From: an uncultured Alphaproteobacteria bacterium
GTDB lineage: Bacteria; Pseudomonadota; Alphaproteobacteria; Rs-D84
Direction of reading: 5' to 3'
Length of the DNA: 24,004 nucleotides
NCBI GenBank assembly: GCA_947053455.1
Contig: CAMRSV010000012.1
Coordinates: forward strand, 1 to 24,004
In this document: positions 9,154-18,636 of the stretch, in pieces
Numbering within the stretch: the first letter of the stretch is position 1
How the letters are laid out: every line of letters begins with the position of its first letter
Made by a program: the position numbers and the translations under genes
Notes under the pieces: generated by a model
Told to the model about the DNA's origin: nothing
The model's input: only the letters and a program-made list of their open reading frames with translations
The model's database searches: none

Positions 9154-9801
9154 ATGATTAAATATATAACTAAAAAGCTACGCAATTTCTGGTACATAGT
9201 AGACGATTACATTGGATGGCCCAAAATGGTCTTGATTGTTTTAGCTACGGTTGCCGCCGTAACCTATGGAATTACGTATACAGATCATGTTTTTGAAATT
9301 GCTGGGGTATATTCAGCCATTATTGCATTAATTTTTGGTTTGTATAAAACAACTCCAAAAGACAGAATATCTGGTTCTTTTTCGGTATGTGTCCAAGCAA
9401 TTTCAAAAGAAGACTATGAAAAACGAAGCAAAAAGCCTATTGAAAACACTCAAAATATCACAGATTTTGTTTTGCAACTTCACCTTGATATGAATATTAT
9501 CAATAATGGTCATAATCTTGTACATATGGGGTTAAGAGATGTCGAAACAGGAAATACTAAAATACAGTTTGGTATTTTGCACATTATAGGAAAAGATTTA
9601 ATTCCAATGCAGTTTGATTTGTATAAGGATACGAATTTTATTTTAACTAAAGGAAACGATAACTTATACTATTATGACTTTTGGTTTGGTGGCAACCAGA
9701 CCCCGCCATTGCAGAGTATAAAGGTAGAAGTATTCACAAAAACAGGAAAATCCGTATACTTAAAACCACAAAAAAATACACCATTGATAGTTGTCACTTA
9801 A
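9154..9801 (+). CDS. Hypothetical protein with two N-terminal transmembrane helices
   Basis: Long AT-rich ORF; start moved to ATG 9154 (AAGG upstream); hydrophobic segments MVLIVLATVAAVTYGI and IAGVYSAIIALIFGLY. Confidence 0.65.
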   Translation: MIKYITKKLRNFWYIVDDYIGWPKMVLIVLATVAAVTYGITYTDHVFEIAGVYSAIIALIFGLYKTTPKDRISGSFSVCVQAISKEDYEKRSKKPIENTQNITDFVLQLHLDMNIINNGHNLVHMGLRDVETGNTKIQFGILHIIGKDLIPMQFDLYKDTNFILTKGNDNLYYYDFWFGGNQTPPLQSIKVEVFTKTGKSVYLKPQKNTPLIVVT

Positions 9802-10010
9802 GATCCGCAAGTATTTGGTATCGCACTCCAATTATCACATCATCTCATAATCTTCGTGGGGCAGGACGGTGTCAAACAGGCCGATGCCTTCGCCTTGGCG
9901 TTTGCTGATACCAGAGTATTCCAAACTCGCATCTTCATAGCGCTTAAATTTATATACTACATCATTCATCAGCACATCGCTAAATCGAATATCTTTTGGG
10001 CCTTATAATA

Positions 10011-13000
10011 TCATATTTCTTTCATAATTCTGGCTGTCTCAAGTAATACAGTTATAATGTTTTCATAGTGTATCACTTCTTCTGGGGTTAATGTACGGCC
10101 CTTGCGGTCTTTCAGATACTTTTGTGCCGGTTGATAACCGCCGATATAAAAATCCCATGCTGTTTGTGGAACATTGTCAAAGTACTGTATTTCATTGATA
10201 TACACGCGACCATTGTCGTATTTTGGCCTGCCAACGATACAATTGCCCCCCATTGGGAATGAGACATTTGATTGTGGCACATCAATCATTAAATGCAATT
10301 TGCGTAATTGTTCGCCATATTTACGGTAGTGTTCGAATTTATCTTTATTTTCTGGGTAAGGTATACGTGGAAAATCAATCTTTAAGAACTCACGATATTT
10401 TTCACGATATGATGGGCTGTGTAAAACACCATAAATATAATCAAAGATTGATTCAGGTGTTGTTTGTCCAATCTTGCTTTCTATTTCTCGTACGATTTGT
10501 TGATTTAAGTTAGGTGTCTTTTCGTTATTGGCATATAAGTAAAGCGGTGCCAGCTGCTCAGCACCTTGCATACCAGCACGAGTCCAACATCTTCTATCTA
10601 TAATATTATTTGAAACAAACACAGGTGAAGCTAACAAATTATCAAAGCCTCTTTTAAATATCATTCCGAAATTAGGTTGTTGCATATTAGCCATAACATC
10701 TGTTCTAGGATAAGCAAGGAAACCTTTGGAACGTCCAGTAAAGTATGTATATCGAGCATCAAATGGTCTATATGAAATTGGCACTATTTTTGTATAATCA
10801 AAGTTTGCCAACTTAACGTCTTTTATTGCATTCTCTATTGTCCAGTCCCTACCATTTTTGGGGGTATATATACCACATACATTATCTATCGGAAGTGTTT
10901 TTAAATTATCTACAATATCTCTTATATCTTGACTCTTAAATTGAATAGCAATTTTATCTTGCTGAGATTCAACACCAGAAGAAAATGATAAAAACATGTC
11001 TGACAACGAAATGAAATTACCCCAAGTTTTTTGGAAAGAAAAATCTTTTGGTGTAAAAAAGTAAGATGGTCCAACAGGTTTTAATTTTTGAAATTCTGAA
11101 TCCTGCAAACTATGTTCATTCAGAAAATCATATTTATTATCACGTTTACCATACAAATCCCGATAAAATACGTCCGCTAATTTTTTGCTTTTGCTTGTTT
11201 TTACAAATATGTTGATTGATACGCCCGCCATTATATCAAATACGTTTTCGTCTTTTGTTCCATCTGGGGCGCTTTCATGCAACCGACTATTTCCATGCAA
11301 ATTAACAATGTAAATCTTATCAAACGATTCCATTAAACTTTTACGCATTTGACGATGGATTACACCATCCAAAAAACTATTGTTTGAAATATACGCCAAA
11401 ATACCACTACAGTTTTTCTCAATGTAATGTTGTCCCAGCGCAATAAATTTTATATAATCATCATCCAAATTAAGTTTTTTCTCATTCAATCCTATTTTGT
11501 ATTTTGCTATCAATTCTCTGGAAAAAGCGTTCATATTTGCACTGGATACTGAATACGGTGGATTGCCCAACACACACATAACAGGGACATTTTGTTTAAT
11601 GTTATTGGCTTCTTTGGCTTCGTCTGATAACCATTGTGCCGCCCATAGTGTTTGTGTATCTGGGTCGGATTCTTCTAATGAATTTGTTAAATAAACACCA
11701 ACACGATTATTGCTGTTTAATATCGCGGAGTTACGTGCAACCTGTGCCAAATCACCATCAAACAGGTTATCTTGACGGAATATCTTATCATTTATACGTG
11801 CATCGTCTTGGATATATCCAGTTTCGCGTAATACCAAATCCAATTTCAAATGTGCCATAGTATAACTGGACATCATTATTTCGAATCCGTGCATACGTGG
11901 CAACAAATCTTTTTTAACGTAATTTGGCCAAATGCCGGCGTTATTCTTGAACTTCTCATGAATGTAATTTACTGCGGTTGCCAAAAAAGTTCCTGTCCCA
12001 GTTGCGGGGTCCAGTAGTTGCACACGATGGAATTCCTTATCTTCGGCTTTGGCATGGCCTTGTAAATGGACTTTTTTAGTAATTTTTGATTTGTCTGCTA
12101 ACCCATCAGGTAGTCCGAATTCGGTTTTTAAAATGTCGTCAACTGCACGAACAATATACTCAACGACAGGTTGTGGCGTATAGTAAACCCCACGCATTTT
12201 GCGCAATGTCTTGTCATATTTGCTTAAAAACGTTTCATAGAAGTGGATTATCGGGTCTGTTGTTTTGGTTTTGCGTCCAAAATCCTTTAAAATATCGGCA
12301 ACGTCAGTATAACTGAAAATACTTGCCAAACTATCAACAGACCACACAATACGTTCATCAATGTCGTTTCCGGCAATATAATCAAACATTTTACGCAAAA
12401 ATGGTACTGTCTTTGGAATTAAAGCGGCTGCTTCTTGTCTTGTAAAATCATGCAATGTTTTATCGTGCAAACGGGCAACAAACATACCGTATGCAACCGT
12501 TTGTGCATAAATATCAGCAAATTCTTGTTCTGTCATTGTGCGAATAAGAATTTTTCTAAATGATTCCAGTTGTTCATATAATGATTTGTTTTCTGATTGT
12601 TCATTTAATGCACTTTTTATAACATCTGCAATCAAACGCGCCTTGCCGGCCATCAGTTCGGCCAACTTCAATGGCGATCTTATGGTTGCTGTTTTTATAG
12701 TATAAAAATCCTTTAGCAAATCAACCAGCGTCTGATATCTTTCTGGCAGCGGCGTGATAGTTTTGCCATCAAAGTCTGCTATTCTCACTCTGGCCGTTTC
12801 TTTACCGTCTTGATAAAATCTGAATTCCAGGTAATCTGTGTATATTAAATTTGGCAATCCGTCAAGATAACGCACCTTTTGTTCTATTTCCCGATCAAAC
12901 AGATTATCCAGACGATTAACACCAATATCTTTAGCCTCGGCAAATCCAATGACCACATCACCGGATTTAATCATAAAATCAGGAGCCCCAAAAGTGCCCC

Positions 13001-13148
13001 TTTGTGGTTCATTGATGGCGGTAACTGGTTTAGATGTACTTATTGATTCAAATAACTTCTTTAATGCCGGACGATAGGAATGTTCTTGTGCAACACCAGT
13101 CTTGTATTCTTTATCTATATCAACCAAATATGCGGCAATATCATACAT
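10011..13148 (-). CDS. Single-chain type IIG/type ISP-like restriction-modification enzyme (nuclease + N6-adenine MTase + C-terminal specificity domain, no helicase)
   Basis: PD-(D/E)xK GAPDF...FAEAK; motif I LLDPATGTGTF; motif IV GNPPY; ISP-type C-terminus (YRPFD, YIYGVLHSPSYREKY, DFPRIP, IGGYQ); start at ATG 13148 after AGGAG. Confidence 0.9.
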   Translation of the reverse strand: MYDIAAYLVDIDKEYKTGVAQEHSYRPALKKLFESISTSKPVTAINEPQRGTFGAPDFMIKSGDVVIGFAEAKDIGVNRLDNLFDREIEQKVRYLDGLPNLIYTDYLEFRFYQDGKETARVRIADFDGKTITPLPERYQTLVDLLKDFYTIKTATIRSPLKLAELMAGKARLIADVIKSALNEQSENKSLYEQLESFRKILIRTMTEQEFADIYAQTVAYGMFVARLHDKTLHDFTRQEAAALIPKTVPFLRKMFDYIAGNDIDERIVWSVDSLASIFSYTDVADILKDFGRKTKTTDPIIHFYETFLSKYDKTLRKMRGVYYTPQPVVEYIVRAVDDILKTEFGLPDGLADKSKITKKVHLQGHAKAEDKEFHRVQLLDPATGTGTFLATAVNYIHEKFKNNAGIWPNYVKKDLLPRMHGFEIMMSSYTMAHLKLDLVLRETGYIQDDARINDKIFRQDNLFDGDLAQVARNSAILNSNNRVGVYLTNSLEESDPDTQTLWAAQWLSDEAKEANNIKQNVPVMCVLGNPPYSVSSANMNAFSRELIAKYKIGLNEKKLNLDDDYIKFIALGQHYIEKNCSGILAYISNNSFLDGVIHRQMRKSLMESFDKIYIVNLHGNSRLHESAPDGTKDENVFDIMAGVSINIFVKTSKSKKLADVFYRDLYGKRDNKYDFLNEHSLQDSEFQKLKPVGPSYFFTPKDFSFQKTWGNFISLSDMFLSFSSGVESQQDKIAIQFKSQDIRDIVDNLKTLPIDNVCGIYTPKNGRDWTIENAIKDVKLANFDYTKIVPISYRPFDARYTYFTGRSKGFLAYPRTDVMANMQQPNFGMIFKRGFDNLLASPVFVSNNIIDRRCWTRAGMQGAEQLAPLYLYANNEKTPNLNQQIVREIESKIGQTTPESIFDYIYGVLHSPSYREKYREFLKIDFPRIPYPENKDKFEHYRKYGEQLRKLHLMIDVPQSNVSFPMGGNCIVGRPKYDNGRVYINEIQYFDNVPQTAWDFYIGGYQPAQKYLKDRKGRTLTPEEVIHYENIITVLLETARIMKEI

Positions 13149-13329
13149 AAAAACTCCTATACTTATTACTTTAAGGGTATCAGATGCAAATAAAATTATC
13201 AATATTTATAATAACATAATATAGAAAAATTCAATAGTTAGCACAGCATGTGCCCCACGCAGTGAACTTACATCGGATTTTGTTTTTTATGGTTTTATTT
13301 GTCAGTTGAAACCCGAATATAGCCATATA

Positions 13330-13737
13330 TCATTCTTTGTTCCTTTTGTTATAAAAGCCAAAGAAATCATAGCCTGATACCTTATGGCCTGTGATAACCA
13401 TCGCAATGGCGGACAGGCTTTTGTATGTTGCGCTGTTATACCGAAACATATCGTTGGCAATCGCGTCTATAATATATTCTTGTCCATGATACTTTTTTAT
13501 CAGCTGTGTGCCCGGCTTTATATGATATTTCGTCGAGTGCATCCGACCAGCACATAGTTCCGGGGATGTCGAATATCTTTTCAGGCGCGTTATATGTTTT
13601 TGGATTATCTTTTGCACGGTTCGTTCGCATTGAATTTTGTACCATAATGGACGCAACTGCGGACGGGCATTATTTTGAAAATATCGCCGCCATAATTCGC
13701 GTAATTTATAGGGTGACATTTGTTTTAATTCGTTCAT
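13330..13737 (-). CDS. DUF2924-family protein
   Basis: KPGTQLIKKYHG...YKSLSAIAMVITGHKVSGYDFFG matches the DUF2924 pattern; the family is commonly adjacent to large serine recombinases. Confidence 0.8.
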   Translation of the reverse strand: MNELKQMSPYKLRELWRRYFQNNARPQLRPLWYKIQCERTVQKIIQKHITRLKRYSTSPELCAGRMHSTKYHIKPGTQLIKKYHGQEYIIDAIANDMFRYNSATYKSLSAIAMVITGHKVSGYDFFGFYNKRNKE

Positions 13738-13855
13738 TTTATACCCCTTTTTTGTTGCAATTACCGCTTATGAAAAGCCACAAGTCAAGTCCAATAAACC
13801 ACTGGACTTTTGATGATTTGTAAGCACAAATACCCATAAGCAAAGAGGTAAAATT

Positions 13856-15489
13856 ATGCAGAAAATACAATGTGCTGTATATGTTCGTAAATCGTCTGAC
13901 CGCGGTCTTGACCAAGAATTCAACAGTCTGGATAACCAGGAACTGGCCTGCAAATCGTACATCGCATCACAGGCATTTCAGGGCTGGGAACACTTCAAGA
14001 CGTACAGCGATGGCGGTATTTCCGGCGGGACAATGGCGCGCCCCGGATTGCAAGCGCCGCTAACCGATGTTCGTAATGGCAAAGTTCAGGTTGTGCTGGT
14101 CTATAAAATTGACCGCTTGTCGCGCAGCATTTACGACTTCAAAAGTATGATGAAAAAGGATTTTGAAACACATAAATGCGATTTGGTATCCATCACCCAA
14201 AGCTTTGACACCAGTACGGCGATGGGGGAAACTTACACTGAATATGCTGTTATCATTCGCAGAATTTGAACGTGAAGTCGCCAGCGAACGCGTCCGCGAC
14301 AAAATGCGCGCGACCAAGTCCAAGGGACTGTGGGTTGGTGGCGTTCCGCCACTGGGCTATGATGTAAAATTTGGGAAACTGGTTCCGAATGAAACAGAAA
14401 TACCAATGGTAAAAGCGGTATTTCAGGCATATCTGGACAGCCCCGGCTTGCTGGCGTGTCGCGACAAGGTAGCTGCAATGGGTATTCGAGGTAAAGCCTG
14501 GATAACCAAGAAAGGCGAACCTCGTGGTGGCGGCATCATGACCGCCAATATCGTGGAACGCATATTAAAGAACCAGATTTACCTGGGCAAATTGCCAAAT
14601 AAATCGACAGGGGAAGTCTTTGATGGCCAACATCCCGCAATTATTACCGCAGAACTGTTTGACGCCGTACAACAAAAATTGCAAGACAATAATAATCATA
14701 AGGGGCGCACCGCATATAGCCGTGGCGGGTTGCTGTTCCACAATATGATATATACCGCCGATGGTGCAGTGTTCAAAAATAAAACTGGGAACAAAGGATT
14801 ACGGCAATATAAATATTACAAATGTGGCACAATATCTCTGCCGGCCGGGGATTTTGACGCGATCATTTGTAATAATGTTCGGGACTTTTTAAACTCTGAT
14901 ATGGAGCAATTGCCAGATGCGACGCGGTTGATATTGAAGCAACTAGAATACAGCGATGAATGGGTCCGCGGGCTAATTGACCGAATTGTGTACCACGAAC
15001 ACAAACTAACTATTTTTATAAACATTGAAGACCTGGATGAATTGGGCGCATTCAGAAAAGACGGCTATATAAACACGCAGGCCACACCGATGGAATATTA
15101 TACGAGTCCCGATGGCAAGCAGGTTATTATTGAACAGATCGTCTACCTGTCCAGCCATACATGCATAAATCACAGAAACGCTGGATGTAGTCGGGATTTA
15201 TTAACAAAAACAGAGAATGAATGCAACCATGCTAATCAAAGCCCTGGCATACGGTTGGAAATACAAGAAGGCCTATGAAAGCGGTATTGGTGTCAAAGCA
15301 CTTGCCAGCACAGAAAAACGCGACCAACGCACGATTTATAAATACCTGAACCTGACATACCTGTCGCCACGGATTATCAACGACATCATGGACAGCAAAA
15401 TACCACCCCACATCAACCTGCAAACTCTGTTCCAGATTGCAAGTAAGCATGAGAATTTCGCCGACCAGGAACGGGCGTTCAAATGTTAA
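13856..15489 (+). pseudogene. Large serine recombinase, split into three ORFs by two frameshifts
   Basis: CAVYVRKS catalytic motif, VYKIDRLSRS, SFAEFERE..SERVRDK, GLWVGGVPPLGYD, LKNQIYLG. An extra G in the G5 run at 14224-14228 and a GAAT duplication at 15215-15222 break the frame; removing 5 nt restores one 542-aa frame. Confidence 0.85.
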
Positions 15490-15561
15490 TTAAATTATTT
15501 ACATCAAAAAAATTAGGAATTATAGTAGGATACGCCATTGCTACTATAAAAGGATTTCGAT

Positions 15562-16386
15562 ATGAGTATTGTTATTGCTTTTATGTTTGATAACATCAAT
15601 CTTTTGCATTCTTTTATTTCAAACAATTCTGAAGTCTTGGGAATATTAATAGCTTTTCTTACATTTATTTCTACAATTATCACATTGATTGTAATGGTAA
15701 AATTAGCAAAAACTATATCAAATAGCACAGAACAATTTATAAACGCAAAAAACATAGATGATTTATTTTGTAAAAAATTGGATATACCTATACCGGTAGA
15801 GAAGGAAGACGGTACGGAAATAGAGCTTTCAAATTTAAAAGATCTATTTAATTATACAAACGACGGATATGTAACATTCATGAAACAATACCAGATGAAT
15901 ATAGGTTCTTATTGGTTTGCGATAATTACGTTTTTTCAATTATTAAAAAACGCCAAGACAGGTACATACAAACCAAGAACAGACAATTTTATAGACATAT
16001 TGATGCATTTACCCGCTCGTGTTGTCTTTTCAAACTCTTGCGATGTATTAGATATCAAATCTAATGTGTCTCTAGCAAAATATATGAAAAGAGCTAATGG
16101 ATTAGTAGAAGTCCAATTGGATGGATATAAAATAAAAATACCGGCTGACGAAACAGATAATCTTTTTGAATTTTATTTTACTCAATTATATCGGGCAGAC
16201 TTTTCTGGGAATAAATGTGAGGAAATTCTGTTTTTATATACAGAATGGCTTGGGGGTACTATGCATATGACAAATCTACGTGGTATACGCTTCGGTAAAA
16301 AACATTGGTATTCTATAGGTAAACGCTGGTTTGTTTTTGACACTAATAAAATAACGCCTGATTTATATGCAATGTTATCATTATAA
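15562..16386 (+). CDS. Hypothetical protein with N-terminal transmembrane helix (island cargo)
   Basis: 274-aa AT-rich ORF; hydrophobic VLGILIAFLTFISTIITLIVMV; AAGGA upstream; no recognised family. Confidence 0.65.
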   Translation: MSIVIAFMFDNINLLHSFISNNSEVLGILIAFLTFISTIITLIVMVKLAKTISNSTEQFINAKNIDDLFCKKLDIPIPVEKEDGTEIELSNLKDLFNYTNDGYVTFMKQYQMNIGSYWFAIITFFQLLKNAKTGTYKPRTDNFIDILMHLPARVVFSNSCDVLDIKSNVSLAKYMKRANGLVEVQLDGYKIKIPADETDNLFEFYFTQLYRADFSGNKCEEILFLYTEWLGGTMHMTNLRGIRFGKKHWYSIGKRWFVFDTNKITPDLYAMLSL

Positions 16387-16627
16387 CAAAATTGTGACTC
16401 GGCAAAAATGGGCATTGTATACATTCCGGTATATTATGGGGGAATTTGCGAATGTTCGGGGAATACCAGAGTCAATGCATTCTGCAAATACCCGCAGCAT
16501 GCGGCGGACACACGAATCCGAGTATGCGAAAACAAGCCTGTTTTGCGTCGTTTGAGCAACTAGGAGGATACGCGCAGACAAAGTCTAAGCGAAAAAAGCC
16601 GCGACAATGCGCGACTTGGAATTCTAA

Positions 16628-16704
16628 TGGTCGGGGCGACATGATTCGAACATGCGACATCTTGCTCCCAAAGCAAGCACTCTACCAGACTGAGCTACGC
16701 CCCG
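16628..16704 (-). tRNA. tRNA-Pro(TGG)
   Basis: CGGGGCGTAGCTCAGTCTGGTAGAG...CTTGC-TTTGGGA-GCAAG...TTCGAAT...CGCCCCGACCA; 77-nt cloverleaf with encoded CCA. Confidence 0.97.
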
Positions 16705-16714
16705 AAGTACTGAA

Positions 16715-16742
16715 ATTATAACAGCATTTTTAGCAATTGCAA
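16715..16742 (-). promoter_or_regulatory. tRNA-Pro promoter
   Basis: TTGCAA-N16-TATAAT with TGn extension. Confidence 0.65.
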
Positions 16743-16801
16743 CTTTTTATAAATATTTTGTGCTTGTCTATTGTTGCCAAAGTTTCTACAATTATTTCAT
16801 A

Positions 16802-17791
16802 ATGAAAAAGGTTCTTACTGTCTTTGCCGTAATATTTTCCATGACGCAATCCGCGCACGCGGTCACGGCGCGCAGTACAACCGGAAATACAGCATCGCAA
16901 ACCGCGGCATATAATTACAATTATATGTACCCGTATCTAAACAATCAAATGCGCACAGCGCTAAATCCAGGTGGCGTAACCCCAACAACAGCCAACCCTA
17001 TTAATGCGGTTGTTAGAACAGATAACACTAATTCCATAAACAACACGCGGCGTGTTGTATCACGAGGCGGCGCATCCGCCGCCCGGTCGGCAACACGTGG
17101 TGGCGCCGTCACATCCACAAACACGGCCGCCGCGGCACGCAGCGCGGCAAAAACTGCAACCGCATCCAATACAAATGCACGTCGCGTAACCGCACGAAGC
17201 ATGGCGCAAAACGCCACGGTTCGCAGTGGTACGCGCGCCGACGCAACATACGCAAACCGTACGGCGCAAAATGTCGCCGCATCGGCACCTGATGCGGCAA
17301 ACGTTTCATCGGCACAGTGCCTGGCCGATTATACAAAATGCATGGACGGATACTGCGCACGCGAAAACACCGAATATAACCGTTGTTACTGCAGTTCAAA
17401 ACTGTCCCAGATTGATGCCGAATATCAGCCGGCAATCGACAGTCTTATCAAACAAATGCTGACCATGAAAAACACCGGGAATTTATCCCAGTCTGATTTC
17501 AACAAATATTGGATGAGTATGGTTGGACAATATACAGGCACAAATTCATGGGAAAATTTGGACAACGCCCTTAACATAGACTGGGCAAGTCTGGAAAGCC
17601 GTGTGCGCGGCCAGAATGCGTTTCTGACCGGGCATGATTACTGTGCACAGCATTTACGCGGATGCTTTTACATGGCGACCAATTTACGCGACGCATATCG
17701 TTCCGAAATTGCACGCGACTGTGCCACATATGAAAAATCATTACAAAAAATAAAAATTGTTGCTGAAAGTATTGTGGAGAACAACAAATGA
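16802..17791 (+). CDS. Secreted protein with Ala/Arg/Thr-rich low-complexity region and Cys-rich helical C-terminal domain
   Basis: Signal peptide MKKVLTVFAVIFSMTQSAHA; repeated RRV..R/AARSA motifs; CLADYTKCMDGYC...RCYCS; TTGTCT-N17-TACAAT promoter just upstream of ATG 16802. Confidence 0.75.
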   Translation: MKKVLTVFAVIFSMTQSAHAVTARSTTGNTASQTAAYNYNYMYPYLNNQMRTALNPGGVTPTTANPINAVVRTDNTNSINNTRRVVSRGGASAARSATRGGAVTSTNTAAAARSAAKTATASNTNARRVTARSMAQNATVRSGTRADATYANRTAQNVAASAPDAANVSSAQCLADYTKCMDGYCARENTEYNRCYCSSKLSQIDAEYQPAIDSLIKQMLTMKNTGNLSQSDFNKYWMSMVGQYTGTNSWENLDNALNIDWASLESRVRGQNAFLTGHDYCAQHLRGCFYMATNLRDAYRSEIARDCATYEKSLQKIKIVAESIVENNK

Positions 17792-18636
17792 CATATATTC
17801 TGGGTATTGAATATGCACGCGGCGCGACTGCACATATTGTTAACGACGGCCCCGCCAAGGCACCTGCAGCGGTAAAAGAGATGTTTCCAAATGTGGATTG
17901 GACGATTATCACCGCCGAAAATGTAACACCATCGGAATGCATGGCTGACAGATTTGGTGATTGCTACAAAATTCAAAAAAAGATATACGATGCGACCCGC
18001 CGGGGTGGGCATATATTAATCGGCGGTGACCATTCGGTGAACTTTGGGCATTTTGCAGCATTGGCAGACTCAATGCCAAACGAAGATTTGTGCCTAATTT
18101 ACATTGATGCGCATTTGGATATCCATTCACCTGAAACTTCACGCGCCCAGGCGTCCGGTGCACCGCACGGAACAAATGTTCGGGCAAACCTGGGCGAAGG
18201 TGACGCGCGCTGGTTATCATTACAAAAACACGTGCCGGCATTAAGACCTGAAAACCTGTTTTATTTGGGGTCACGGTCATTTGAACCGGCGGAAATAGAA
18301 TTTGTCCGCAACAACGACATAATGATGTTCGGTGCCGACGCATTGCAAAACGAATCGGATGTAGATGCGGCAATTTCGGAAATACGCCGCCAAATAAATG
18401 GCAGGCCGTTTGTGGTTTCATTTGATTTTGACGCAATTGATCCGAAATATTTCAAAGATGTTCTGGTTCCGGAAACGGGCGGTATCAACGTTGACACTGC
18501 GCGCCGACTGGTTCGGGAATTTGCCACAGACGCACACAGTTTCGAATTTGTGGAATACGCCCCGACGGGTGACGCACAAAGTGCGGATATAGCGCGCGAA
18601 CTTATCGGTATTGTGGTGGACGCACAAAACGCCTAG
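17788..18636 (+). CDS. Arginase/ureohydrolase family protein
   Basis: GGDHS, IDAHLDIH, SGAPHG and SFDFDAIDP metal-binding motifs; ATGA overlap with the upstream gene. Confidence 0.9.
   Translation: MTYILGIEYARGATAHIVNDGPAKAPAAVKEMFPNVDWTIITAENVTPSECMADRFGDCYKIQKKIYDATRRGGHILIGGDHSVNFGHFAALADSMPNEDLCLIYIDAHLDIHSPETSRAQASGAPHGTNVRANLGEGDARWLSLQKHVPALRPENLFYLGSRSFEPAEIEFVRNNDIMMFGADALQNESDVDAAISEIRRQINGRPFVVSFDFDAIDPKYFKDVLVPETGGINVDTARRLVREFATDAHSFEFVEYAPTGDAQSADIARELIGIVVDAQNA

Larger units (their letters stand above)
8895..16634. mobile_element. ~7.7-kb serine-recombinase/DUF2924 integrative island at the 3' end of tRNA-Pro, carrying an R-M gene
   Basis: Direct repeat ATGGTCGG at 8895-8902 and 16627-16634 (tRNA 3' end), displaced terminator, terminal CAGGGA iterons, recombinase and AT-rich cargo. 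Confidence 0.75.

Noticed and set aside
16511-16522. ACGAATCCGAGT also occurs in the ssb repeat
   Set aside because: 12-nt match with no flanking similarity; probably chance
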